Assembly: GCA_963667785.2 (NCBI GenBank)
Contig: CAXXMU010000002.1
Span: forward strand, 128,001 to 192,000
Direction: 5' to 3'
DNA from: Alphaproteobacteria bacterium
GTDB taxonomy: Bacteria > Pseudomonadota > Alphaproteobacteria > UBA828
Length of the DNA stretch: 64,000 nt
This document shows, piece after piece, positions 63,965-64,000 of the stretch. The translations under genes were made by a program, and so were the position numbers. Positions within the stretch are counted from its first letter, which is position 1. Each line of letters begins with the position of its first letter. The notes under the pieces were generated by a model. That model had not been told where the DNA came from and searched no databases. It was given only the letters and a program-made list of their open reading frames with translations.

Positions 63965-64000
63965 GCGTCTCGCACTGCGCCTGCACCTATGTCAGATGTC

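Overview
High-GC bacterial DNA, most likely alphaproteobacterial (secA/argJ/mutT block, promoter style), densely coding, with no rRNA, CRISPR, integrase or transposase seen. Left to right: RND efflux pair; mesaconyl-CoA transferase (mct); orphan N,N-dimethylformamidase large subunit; GST; orphan pstS with a PHO-box-like repeat; modABC; a CUT1-type ABC importer with two complementary-degenerate ATPases; infA; haloacid dehalogenase; YqgE/AlgH; a 3.4-kb accessory islet (frameshifted passenger-less inverse-autotransporter barrel, a lipoprotein with two Cys-rich DUF4189-like domains around three 294-bp repeats, and an orphan alternative C-terminal tip); secA, argJ, mutT; an enolase-superfamily enzyme and an amidase; a 16-kb co-oriented cluster (hydantoinase A/B, SDR, molybdenum hydroxylase, IclR, pyruvoyl histidine decarboxylase, PotABCD-like importer, histamine dehydrogenase); ilvA; tRNA-Pro(CGG); a flavin monooxygenase; and three tandem molybdenum-hydroxylase triplets. 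The best candidate for an undescribed system is the 16-kb cluster, read as a histidine -> histamine -> imidazole-ring catabolic route without oxygenases. The split inverse-autotransporter islet is second. All family assignments come from motif recognition by eye; no searches were run.
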